Origin: Eutreptiella sp. 'Long Island Sound 2002'
Lineage: Eukaryota; Protista; Euglenida
Length of the DNA: 64,000 nucleotides
Direction: 5' to 3'
Assembly (NCBI GenBank): GCA_964036045.1
Contig: OZ038378.1
Location: 39,122,001 to 39,186,000 of the forward strand
The notes under the pieces: model-generated
The model's input: the letters and a program-made list of their open reading frames with translations, nothing else
The model's database searches: none
What the model was told of the DNA's origin: nothing
Position numbers and translations under genes: made by a program
Shown: one piece after another, positions 25,524-34,748 of the stretch
How the letters are laid out: every line of letters starts with the position of its first letter
Numbering within the stretch: the stretch's first letter is position 1

Positions 25524-26126
25524 TTCACGGGTGTGTGTATCTGTACCCCTACATTGCATAGGGTTGGGGTGAGTCATCGTCACCCTCATAATCTCACTTA
25601 TCCCACGTATCAGTTGACCCGTATTTGGCATATGTGGTTCATTCGGTGCATGGAAATGATCGATTATGCGCGGGTATTTTTTGCATAGCGTCTGCACATG
25701 ACGCACATGACGTGTCGGAAAATAGTCTGCTCCAAAACTGACAAGTACAAGTGCTGCATTGGCAGGAATGTCACGCGGTGGTACCATTGCTGAGGCGTTC
25801 AGGTTGATGGTCCGTCCCCGCCAACCTAAATTCCACAGTTCGTGTAGCGTCACCTGCCCACCATGACTGCCACAAATCAAAATATCAATATTATCCAATG
25901 CCTTATTATTAATTAACTCATGTGCGAGTGTGCAGAGGTTGGGATGGGTTCGATCCCATGTATTGATGTCGCCCCTCCACCTGTCGGGATATTCATCGTA
26001 TCCGTTATATGTATCTGTGGTATCGCCGATCAGTCCAATAGTATGACCTTCCCGTTCCACATATGTATACATATTCCTGTTCAGATTGTACCCAGCACCA
26101 GGTTGCAGCACTGCTATACATACCAT
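25524..26126 (-). pseudogene. Alpha/beta-hydrolase-like protein, 3' end cut off by the junction with the host tandem array
   Basis: It has a nucleophile elbow ICGSHGG, then VSFGADY (Asp) and EPHMP (His). The frame runs into tandem-repeat sequence below 25524. Confidence 0.55.
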
Positions 26127-26314
26127 TTTTTGTTTTGTATTTCTTATTTTTTGTCCGCATTGGTTTGTAGTCGTGCGTACAACCCTGTCTCTAATTCGTC
26201 TGTAAGAAAGTACACATTCAACGAACGACGGTGTTGGAGATATTGCGCTGCAATGTCTGGAAGTGTGGCAGTGGGCACGTGCTTACGTGGCCATCTCGTT
26301 CACGGATTAGAGGA

Positions 26315-26465
26315 CGGGGGGGGAGGGGCATGATGTCCCCCAATGGGATGATGGGAGTGGCATGATGTCCCCCAATGGGATGATGGGAGGGGCATGATGT
26401 CCCCCAATGGGATGATGGGAGGGGCATGATGTCCCCCAATGGGAACGAGACAAAGCAACCACACG
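26315..26465. repeat. G-rich minisatellite block 1 (GGGGCATGATGTCCCCCAATGGGATGAT)
   Basis: Same unit as 27436-27725 and 29478-31745. Confidence 0.95.
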
Positions 26466-26680
26466 TTTTCGTCTGCTGGGGATCGATTTAGATACCATGG
26501 GGCGTGGAAGGAGAGGGTCGCGTACCCAGCCTACATCGGCGAAGGGAATGAACAGATTCGTCTGGGCGTGGGAGCATGGCTTTCATGTGGTGCAGGCGAC
26601 ACATGCGCCATGTCTCTGTGGTACATGAAGTAGCGTGTGTGTTTTTTTTCTGCGCAGGAGAAAAAAAATACAAGGGGGGA

Positions 26681-27427
26681 TCAACCCCTAGACAATATGA
26701 GTTCTGGTACGTATTTTGCAACCCGGGTTACAGGAACGTACATTTGTTCAAACGGGGAGATCGAGAGAATCGCAAGGCTTGCCGCCACAGATTTGTGCTC
26801 TGATCTGTACTGCTCAATGAGAAGCTCCACATCATCCCTTGACCTATTGAGTAATGCCAATCTGTCTTGATAATCCTTGAGTTGGCTCCTAAATTCATCT
26901 CCCCTGGTCATTGTCAGCTTTAAAGCGTTAGAAAGGGAGGCCATTTCGGCGCGTAGTTCTGCGTGGCCCGGTCCGATCCCCTCCATCGTTTTAAGAGCAG
27001 CCTCTGCATTCCTCAAATTGCTCAACAGTTGGGAATCCTTTTTGATATATGCCACTTGCACCCTTGACATCTCCACACTGAGCAATTTGGTAGCGAATCG
27101 AGCCAACATGTGAATATTGTACATGGAGTACGGCATCAGGTCCCAATGGCTTCCCCGGTGCATGCGACGATAGAAAGCCTTGAGGAGCACACTGTCTTGT
27201 GCCAAGGTGTTCAAAAGGTGCCACAAACAAAATGCAGTTGAGGGACTGCTTTTCAGGTCAAGGCAGCAGGGCGATGACAGACGAGATAGAACAGCATTTG
27301 TGGTACGAACGGAAACGCCTGACATATCCGCAGCTCTCGTCATGAGCATGGCTATGTCCACACCACCGTCAGTGCTGATTGGTGGTTCCACCTGTAGCCA
27401 GTCTGGGGGACATTGTGTGAGGGACAT
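26681..27427 (-). CDS. Viral hypothetical protein with a C-terminal coiled-coil-like region (248 aa)
   Basis: Long ORF in the viral region with heptad-like LSNLRNAEAAL..ELRAEMASLSNAL. Confidence 0.6.
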   Translation of the reverse strand: MSLTQCPPDWLQVEPPISTDGGVDIAMLMTRAADMSGVSVRTTNAVLSRLSSPCCLDLKSSPSTAFCLWHLLNTLAQDSVLLKAFYRRMHRGSHWDLMPYSMYNIHMLARFATKLLSVEMSRVQVAYIKKDSQLLSNLRNAEAALKTMEGIGPGHAELRAEMASLSNALKLTMTRGDEFRSQLKDYQDRLALLNRSRDDVELLIEQYRSEHKSVAASLAILSISPFEQMYVPVTRVAKYVPELILSRG

Positions 27428-27435
27428 TGCCTATA

Positions 27436-27725
27436 TGGGATGATGGGGGGGGGGGGGGGGGGGGGCATGATGTCCCCCAATGGGAACGGGACAAAGCAAC
27501 CACACGTGGGGGGGAGGGGCATGATGTCCCTCATTGGAATGATGGGAGGGGCATGATGTCCCCCAATGGGATGATGGGAGGGGCATGATGTCCCCCAATG
27601 GGATGATGGGAGGGGCATGATGTCCCCCAATGGGCATGGGACAAAGCAACCACACGTGGGGGGGAGGGGCATGATGTCCCCCAATGGGAATGGGACAAAG
27701 CAACCACACGTGGGGGGGAGGGGGG
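27436..27725. repeat. G-rich minisatellite block 2
   Basis: GGGGCATGATGTCCCCCAATGGG and GGGACAAAGCAACCACACGTGGGG units. Confidence 0.95.
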
Positions 27726-27860
27726 GAGATGTACCTGCAGAACGCCGTTGTGGAGGGATGGTGGATGTTACCAGCTTAATATATGCATATCCTTGTACGC
27801 GGATGACTTTGATGGATTTGATGCAATGTATTGAATTGAATTGAAGGGCAACGAAAGGAA

Positions 27861-28097
27861 CTACCTAACGAACAGAGCAATAAGCACAACGGCTAGGCAA
27901 CAGGCAACAAATAGAGGCATGTATGCGTTTCTCCCCTGCCCTGACCTGCGTGTTGTCTGCTTCTGCTGCTCCTCATTGTTCCTTCGTGATCCCGTGACCT
28001 GTGGTATCACGAGTGGGGCAAAGGATACGGCGGTAAATGCAACGGGAAGTACAGCAGGGTGCACCATGATTTCTTTCTTAGTGGACCGAGTTTTCAA
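27861..28097 (-). CDS. Small putative membrane protein
   Basis: 78-aa ORF with a hydrophobic C-terminus LFVACCLAVVLIALFVR. Confidence 0.4.
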   Translation of the reverse strand: MKTRSTKKEIMVHPAVLPVAFTAVSFAPLVIPQVTGSRRNNEEQQKQTTRRSGQGRNAYMPLFVACCLAVVLIALFVR

Positions 28098-28155
28098 AGT
28101 TTTTAGAGTAACAAGAGGGCCCGTTGTGTTTGATTATTCATCGGGATCCCGATAG

Positions 28156-28416
28156 TCAATCCTGCTGGTCAAGGGAATCAACACCTTCAAGTGCACTTTC
28201 TGTTCTCCTGATCAATTGTTTCAGAAAATGCTTCGCACGTGCCCGTGCACGTTCCGCCTGCTTCAGAACATTTGTCATGAGCCCTGTGTCCACGTCCGGC
28301 AGTGGTTTTGATGTGCCATTTTGGTACTGCAGGATAATCCCTGTCAATCCATAAAAACAAACGTCCTTGGTGGTAGATATCACACTCTCTTTGTAAATAA
28401 GAAAGAAAAGGATCAA
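28156..28416 (-). CDS. Small hypothetical protein
   Basis: 86-aa ORF, divergent from and abutting the 28416-29054 ORF. Confidence 0.35.
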   Translation of the reverse strand: MILFFLIYKESVISTTKDVCFYGLTGIILQYQNGTSKPLPDVDTGLMTNVLKQAERARARAKHFLKQLIRRTESALEGVDSLDQQD

Positions 28417-29054
28417 TGGATTGTGAACTGTCCGTCCACATCACCAACAAGCTGTCACCTGAAGCGTTAAATATGCTATTCGAGATGTATGTCACAACCT
28501 ATGGAGGCGCTGGTCAAAAGGTTTGGTTCAAGAATGCAGATGATTTGAAACGATATGCTTGTGGTGTATGGATGGTTTGTGACCAAACTATCCCAAAGGC
28601 GTACATTTTGTTTCAACCACGGCTGTTAACGAATAAAATTTCACTGGGATGCCATGATGGAACACCAGAGGGAAAACAATTTGCAGTGGAGCTGCGAATC
28701 AAACTTTTATTAACTCCCGGGTACATGGTGGAAGCATCAGACGCAAGTTCGTGGATACTGCGGAAGAACAACGTACCTATTATCCGCGATCCCGCATTGA
28801 TTAAAGAACTGGTAATCGCTGACCCAACGAAAGAGGAAATTGAAATGAACGAACTTTTCGATCCGAAAGACAAATGGTCACAGTGCTATTTCCACATTTT
28901 TTACGGAGTTCATGATGGGGAGACCGGTGCTGTTCCAGTGGAGCAATACAGAAATGCAGAAACCTTGTTTGGTATTGATCCGAAATGTGTTGAGTGGTCC
29001 GACGGGGCTGATTGTGGAAGGACTTGTAAACGTACCAATGGACTCAATCCATAA
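28416..29054 (+). CDS. Viral hypothetical protein (212 aa), possibly GNAT-like fold
   Basis: Intact ORF. The motif HDGTPEGK..KLLLTPGYMVEASDASSWILRK resembles uncharacterised large-DNA-virus proteins from memory; the fold is not verified. Confidence 0.6.
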   Translation: MDCELSVHITNKLSPEALNMLFEMYVTTYGGAGQKVWFKNADDLKRYACGVWMVCDQTIPKAYILFQPRLLTNKISLGCHDGTPEGKQFAVELRIKLLLTPGYMVEASDASSWILRKNNVPIIRDPALIKELVIADPTKEEIEMNELFDPKDKWSQCYFHIFYGVHDGETGAVPVEQYRNAETLFGIDPKCVEWSDGADCGRTCKRTNGLNP

Positions 29055-29477
29055 AGGAGTGGTCTGTGAATTTCATTTTTTTATGTTTTGTCATCTTCCT
29101 TTTGTAAATAGCGACAAGGGCGGGATATGTTTTCCATATAAACCAGGACCGGTGTCATAGCGAGCAATAGCGGACGGCGACCACCGCTGCCCCACCATTT
29201 CGGTACATGGCGTCATGCCATGTCTTGTGCACTTTGTGTTCGTGTGGCTCATATGTGAGTCAAACATAATAACGGTCTTGGTTGATCTTTGCAGAGAGAA
29301 ATGAATGCCAACCTAACCTGACCTGCAAGATAACGGGAAAGCATCGGAGCACGAGGACAGCCACAACAGCAATGCGGGGATACGCAGAGGGAACAGATTG
29401 GATGCCGTCCAGCATGGTAACCTCGCAGAGACCACAGGGATGGAGGGGAAGCCGAATGTCTAGATAGACGTCAAAAA

Positions 29478-31745
29478 TGTGGGGGGCATGATGTCCCCCA
29501 ATGGGATGATGGGGGGGGGGGGGGGGGGGGGGGCATGATGGTCCCCAATGGGAATGGGACAAAGCAACCACGCGTGGGAGGGAGGGACATGATGTCCCCC
29601 AATGGGATGATTGGGGGGGGGGCATGATGTCCCCCAATCGGAATGGGACAAAGCAACCACACGTGGGGGGGAGGGGCATGATGTGCCCCAATGGGATGAT
29701 GGGGGGGGCATGATGTCCCCCAATGGGATGATGGGGGGGGGCATGATGTCCCCCAATGGGAATGGGACAAAGCAACCACACGTGGGGGGGAGGGGCATGA
29801 TGTCCCCCAATGGGAATGCGACAAAGCACCCACGCGTGGGGGGGAGGGGCATGATGTCCCCCAATGAGATGATGGGGGGGGCATGATGTCCTTCAATGGG
29901 AATGGGACAAAGCAACCACGCGTGGGAGGGAGGGGCATGATGTCCCCCCATGGGATGATGGGGGGGGGGCATATTGTCCCCCAATGGGATGATGGGGGGG
30001 GGCATGATGTCCCCCAATGGGATGATGGGGGGGGGCATATTGTCCCCCAATGGGATGATGGGGGGGGGCATATTGTCCCCCAATGGGATGATGGGGGGGG
30101 GCATGATGTCCCCCAATGGGAATGGGACAAAGCAACCACGCGTGGGGGGGAGGGGCATGATGTACCCCAATGGGATGATGGGGGGGGGGCATATTGTCCC
30201 CCAATGGGATGATGGGGGGGGGCATGATGTCCCCCAATGGGAATGGGACAAAGCAACCACACGTGGGGGAGAGGGGCATGATGTCCCCCAATGGGAATGG
30301 GACAAAGCAACCACCCGTGGGGGGGAGGGGCATGATGTCCCCCAATGGGATGATGGGGGGGGCATGATGTCCCCCAATGGGAATGGGACAAAGCAACCAC
30401 GCGTGGGAGGGAGGGGCATGATGTCCCCCCATGGGATGATGGGAGGGGGCATATTGTCCCCCAATGGGATGATGGGGGGGGGCATATTGTCCCCGAATGG
30501 GATGATGGGGGGGGGCATGATGTCCCCCAATGGAAATGGGACAAAGCAACCACGCGTGGGCGGGAGGGGCATGATGTCCCCCAATGGGATGATGGGGGGG
30601 GGCATATTGTCCCCCAATGGGAATGGAACAAAGCAACCACGCGTGGGAGGGAGGGGCATGATGTCCCCCAATGGGATGATGGGGGGGGGGCATATTGTCC
30701 CCCAATGGGATGATGGGAGGGGCATGATGTCCCCCAATGGGAATGGGACAAAGCAACCACACGTGGGAGGGAGGGGCATGATGTCCCCCAATGGGATGAT
30801 GGGGGGGGCATGATGTCCCCCAATGGGAATGGGACAAAGCAACCACACGTGGGGGGGAGGGGCATGATCTCCCCCAATGGGAATGGGACAAAGCAACCAC
30901 ACGTGGGGGGGAGGGGCATGATGTCCCCCAATGGGATGATGGGGCGGGCATGATGTCCCCCAATGGGATGATGGGGGGGGCATGATGTCCCCCAATGGGA
31001 ATGGGACAAAGCAACCACACGTGGGGGGGAGGGGCATGATGTCCCCGAATGGGAATGGGACAAAGCAACCACGCGTGGGGGGGAGGGGCATGATGTCCCC
31101 CAGTGGGAATGGGACAAAGCAACCACGCGTGGGGGGGAGGGGCATGATGTCCCCCAATGGGATGATGAGGGGGGGGCATGATGTCCCCCAATGGGAATGG
31201 GACAAAGCAACCACGCGTGGGGGGGAGGGGCATGATGTCCCCCAAAGGGATGATGGGGGGGGCATGATGTCCCCCAATGGGAATGGGACAAAGCAACCAC
31301 GCGTGGGGGGGAGGGGCATGATGTCCCCCAATGGGATGATGGGGGGGGGCATGATGTCCAATGGGATGATGGGGGGGGCATGATGTCCCCGAATCGGATG
31401 ATGGGGGGCGGCATGATGTCCCCCAATGGGAATGGGACAAAGCAACCACGCGTGGGGGGGGGGAGGGGCATGATGTCCCCCAATGGGATGATGGGGGGGG
31501 GCATGATGTCCCCCAATGGGAATGGGACAAAGCAACCACATGTGGGGGGGGGGGGGGAGGGGCATGATGTCCCCCAATGGGAATGGGACAAAGCAACCAC
31601 GCGTCGGGGGGAGGGGCATAATGTCCCCCAATGGGAACGGGACAAAGCAACCATACGTGGGGGGGAGGGGCATGATGTGATGAGGCCCCCAATGGGAATG
31701 GGACCAGGCAACCACATGTCGGGGGGGGAGAGGGGCATGATGTCC
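29478..31745. repeat. G-rich minisatellite block 3 (~2.27 kb)
   Basis: Dozens of GGGGCATGATGTCCCCCAATGGGA(T/A) units interleaved with GGGACAAAGCAACCAC(A/G)CGTGGG. The long ORFs here are repeat translations. Confidence 0.98.
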
Positions 31746-31764
31746 CCGCTGGCAGTTGCTCATG

Positions 31765-32751
31765 TCACAAAACCAAAATTTTGCAACGAATGTTGGCATA
31801 GTGGAAGTCGATGAACCGTGACATATTCAGTCGCAGAAATTTTGAGCACACGACCTCGATTGGCAACAGCACACCAATCATTACCAGCTTATACATGGCA
31901 ACCGTGCGGCTCTGTTGCAGTTGCTTAACATTCTGTGTAACTATGGTTTGCAGGCGGTTGACGTCAGTTTCATTCTCCACGTCCTGTGGTATACGTGCTT
32001 GTTTGAAACGGTGACGTAGCACGTGCAGTTGGCGCAACAAATCTTCTCTATCAGCCACTGTGCTGTGTGCACGATGCCTTTTTTTCCGTTTCTTTGACTC
32101 GTGGTGTGTGTCGTGGTGCGAATGGATATCCACCGTGGGAGGTATGTGTGTATCTGATCCTACTGATTGTATGTGATCTGACTCTACTGATTTTATGTGA
32201 TCTGACTCTACTGACTGTATGTGATCTGATCCTACTGATTGTATGTGATCTGATCCTACTGATTGTATATGATCTGATCCTACAGATTGTATGTGCTCAG
32301 CACTCCTGTTCAGTCTGCGCAGCCTTCTTCTTCGTTCTCGACCTGACGCGGACTTGGTCTTACTACTACATTGAATCGCGTCTGTCTGATCCAGTTGCTG
32401 AACGTTGCGACCTTCAGAGTCACATTCTGTCTGTGCATCACCTTCCTCCACCCCACCCTCAACCTCACCCTTTGCCTCAACTTCTTCCTCTTGTGCCTCA
32501 TCTTCTGCCTCAATGTCAGCAAAGGGATCGTCATCATCCTCAGCAATTGTGGCCTGGCCCTTTGCCTCCTCCATCTTGCGTGCCATATCTGATCTATCCG
32601 TGTGCAGAAACTCGTCACGTAAATATTCCTTACACTCGAACCACTGCAAAAACCATTCTGCTGGTACAGGCTGCCATCTGACACTGGCAGTTACTCTGCC
32701 TGCTGGTTTCTCCAACAATTCAAATGTGATTGTGTTCACCTTACGAGGCAT
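31765..32751 (-). CDS. Conserved NCLDV protein resembling the iridovirus 287R / FV3 12L family; C-terminus probably disrupted; contains an 8-aa (24-bp) repeat
   Basis: REDLLRQLHVLRHRFKQARIP...VKQLQQSRTVAMYKLVMIGVLLPIEVVCSKFLRLNMSRF parallels the family pattern (LL.K..L.K.Y...IP...L.LD..V..YK.YL.GGF...E......DM.GF), as recalled. It carries HIQSV(G/E)SD repeats. Confidence 0.6.
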   Translation of the reverse strand: MPRKVNTITFELLEKPAGRVTASVRWQPVPAEWFLQWFECKEYLRDEFLHTDRSDMARKMEEAKGQATIAEDDDDPFADIEAEDEAQEEEVEAKGEVEGGVEEGDAQTECDSEGRNVQQLDQTDAIQCSSKTKSASGRERRRRLRRLNRSAEHIQSVGSDHIQSVGSDHIQSVGSDHIQSVESDHIKSVESDHIQSVGSDTHIPPTVDIHSHHDTHHESKKRKKRHRAHSTVADREDLLRQLHVLRHRFKQARIPQDVENETDVNRLQTIVTQNVKQLQQSRTVAMYKLVMIGVLLPIEVVCSKFLRLNMSRFIDFHYANIRCKILVL

Positions 32752-33718
32752 GTTGTTCTTTGTATATAAATGCGTCAGTTTGTGTCTTAAATGAGGACAG
32801 AAAGGAAAGCAGTTGTGATTGTCTCTCGATCATTTGGGTTGGCCAGCGTCCAACCTGAACAACTGAACCACTCTGAAATATTCGGAAACTGTCACATGCA
32901 GATCGCGTTCCAATCCTCAGATCCCAAATTGTCGATGCATCCGTAGGTTTGACGAAGTACCAATCGAATTGTGACCGTAAGGGAACAAATGCAAACACAA
33001 ATTGCGCTTTCCAATCCATATTTGCCCCAAATGCAACAACATTCAAAGTGGATTGTCTTTGTCGTACAACTGCAGTCCAGTTACAACCCTCATCACTCAC
33101 ATCGTCATTGATGGCCTTTGCAATGTCAACCATACGCGGCACATGTACAGGTATTTCATGGACATTCTGAACAAAAGACACATTGCTCATCACCACATCC
33201 AATACAAAACCGACTGATTTTGAATTGATTGATGTATGATTCTGAGCGCCTGGACACAACGTGAGACCATTGTTCATGTATCTATGTAGCAAATAAGGTA
33301 TTATTGTGCAAAGCATTGTGGCCTGACAGCAACCGGTAACATGAATTGTATTGCGACTGGATATCTTGAAGTGTGGTATCTTTCCGTTGTATGCAACGTC
33401 CATATTGAGCATACTGCGGAACCATCGTTGTTTTTTGAGACGCTTTAACAGAAAGCCCCTTGTTTGGTTGTGATACTGCATCATCACCACCGTGGGTACT
33501 TGTGGGTCTGCAACATCGATATCTGTCACACATATACTATCACTGAGGCGTTGTAAGTCCACATTTATGTTTACGAGATATACCACCCACGTACGTGTGT
33601 AAATTGTGTTCTGTCCGGTGGCCATGTTGACCATGGAACCCAGCAGCGGATGAACTTCAATGTCGCCATTGTACACCTGTACATCTGGCGACACCATAAT
33701 ACACAAACACCTGGACAT
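32741..33718 (-). CDS. TATA-binding-protein-like factor of NCLDV type (copy 1, complete)
   Basis: Two TBP-like beta motifs, FRSMLNMD..HFKISSRNTIHVTGC and FRIFQSGSVVQVG, with DVVMSNVSF between them. Confidence 0.7.
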   Translation of the reverse strand: MSRCLCIMVSPDVQVYNGDIEVHPLLGSMVNMATGQNTIYTRTWVVYLVNINVDLQRLSDSICVTDIDVADPQVPTVVMMQYHNQTRGFLLKRLKKQRWFRSMLNMDVAYNGKIPHFKISSRNTIHVTGCCQATMLCTIIPYLLHRYMNNGLTLCPGAQNHTSINSKSVGFVLDVVMSNVSFVQNVHEIPVHVPRMVDIAKAINDDVSDEGCNWTAVVRQRQSTLNVVAFGANMDWKAQFVFAFVPLRSQFDWYFVKPTDASTIWDLRIGTRSACDSFRIFQSGSVVQVGRWPTQMIERQSQLLSFLSSFKTQTDAFIYKEQHAS

Positions 33719-33726
33719 ACAAACAA

Positions 33727-34317
33727 TCAGGCGGCAGGAGGAATCAGGATGTCATCATCAAAATAGTTGCTTGCAACACCCCCCTTAGCATCCCATTTAC
33801 CATACCCACTGACCGTACCCAATGCGCCTGCATGCAAGTCCAGTGTGTAATTGGAGCGCATTGGTCTCATAATGTTCCAATTATTCTGATGCAGTGGTCT
33901 GACGTCCCCACGCAAATGGTCCGAGAACTGTGTTCGCCATGAACGTGTGCGCTGTGAGCAAAAGGGTCGCCTGGATATGCGATCTAAAAGTTTGCGCCGC
34001 TGTGCATCGCTGTAAACACCGGTTACCAAGCTATGTTGTGGTAACTTGCGCTTAGCCTTGCTGAATCTTTCGTCAGGGGTTTCAACATCACGCAGTCCGT
34101 CATGATCACCAAATGTCACATCACGACTAACATTCAAAAACTTCAAAATGGAACCATCAGATGGTATTGGTATTGTATCATTGGGTGCAACGTGGGGGGA
34201 ATAAGTTTGTTGAACATTGTCAGTTGTTGATTTTTTGCATTGCGCAAACCAAAAGAGGAGGAGGAGGATAAGCACAACAATCAAGATCGCAGCAAAGATC
34301 CACCCAGTACGACTCAT
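33727..34317 (-). CDS. Viral single-pass membrane protein (copy 1)
   Basis: N-terminal TM segment WIFAAILIVVLILLLLFWFA; 196 aa. Confidence 0.7.
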   Translation of the reverse strand: MSRTGWIFAAILIVVLILLLLFWFAQCKKSTTDNVQQTYSPHVAPNDTIPIPSDGSILKFLNVSRDVTFGDHDGLRDVETPDERFSKAKRKLPQHSLVTGVYSDAQRRKLLDRISRRPFCSQRTRSWRTQFSDHLRGDVRPLHQNNWNIMRPMRSNYTLDLHAGALGTVSGYGKWDAKGGVASNYFDDDILIPPAA

Positions 34318-34342
34318 CGTTGTTTATTTTTTACATTACACA

Positions 34343-34748
34343 CTATACATCCTGCAATAAATCCGACTTCAATATGACATTATAAGTAGATGGTTGAACA
34401 AGAAAGAGTGAATCATTGTCCGCAATTTGTGCCTTGCTGTTCTTAGCATGTTTGCAAAGCGTGACATTTGCACAACCCAAAGAATATGCATGCTGCAGCC
34501 CCCGCTTCATGTACCCCCCCTCAGTGGCAGTATGAAGCGCCAACATATGATACCCATGAAAACTACGGGTGGCAATGGGAGGTATGTCCCGGCTGACCAG
34601 TACAGGGAGTCCAATTAGTTTGTGTCTTGCAGTTGCCAATGACATGTGCACTTTTTTACCTTCTTCAGTGTCACTCAAAATAATTCCCACTTCTTTTTCG
34701 TTGTCATACCTGATTCCGTCGTAAGACATGATTCTGTCATGCAAACAA
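34343..34748 (-). pseudogene. Viral hypothetical protein (copy 1), start lost at the insertion junction
   Basis: Matches 42376-42789 except for the first codons, which are replaced by the GC-rich element. Confidence 0.6.

Larger units (their letters stand above)
32871..34748. repeat. Left copy of a ~1.88-kb direct duplication
   Basis: Near-identical to 40905-42781 (about 16 differences counted by eye). Confidence 0.97.

Noticed and set aside
20900-25572. Recurrent short ORFs in the 1,146-bp array; the array considered as a 5S or spliced-leader RNA repeat
   Set aside because: The ORFs are not conserved in frame between units, and I recognised no 5S, SL RNA or tRNA sequence.
29460-31814. 599-779-aa Pro/Gly/His-rich ORFs
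   Set aside because: They are artefacts of the G-rich minisatellite.
34500-34545. TATEGGYMKR in the 137-aa ORF, resembling the RPB1 bridge helix (TAETGYIQR)
   Set aside because: The surrounding sequence lacks RPB1 motifs, and the true bridge helix is at ~45,690-45,740.
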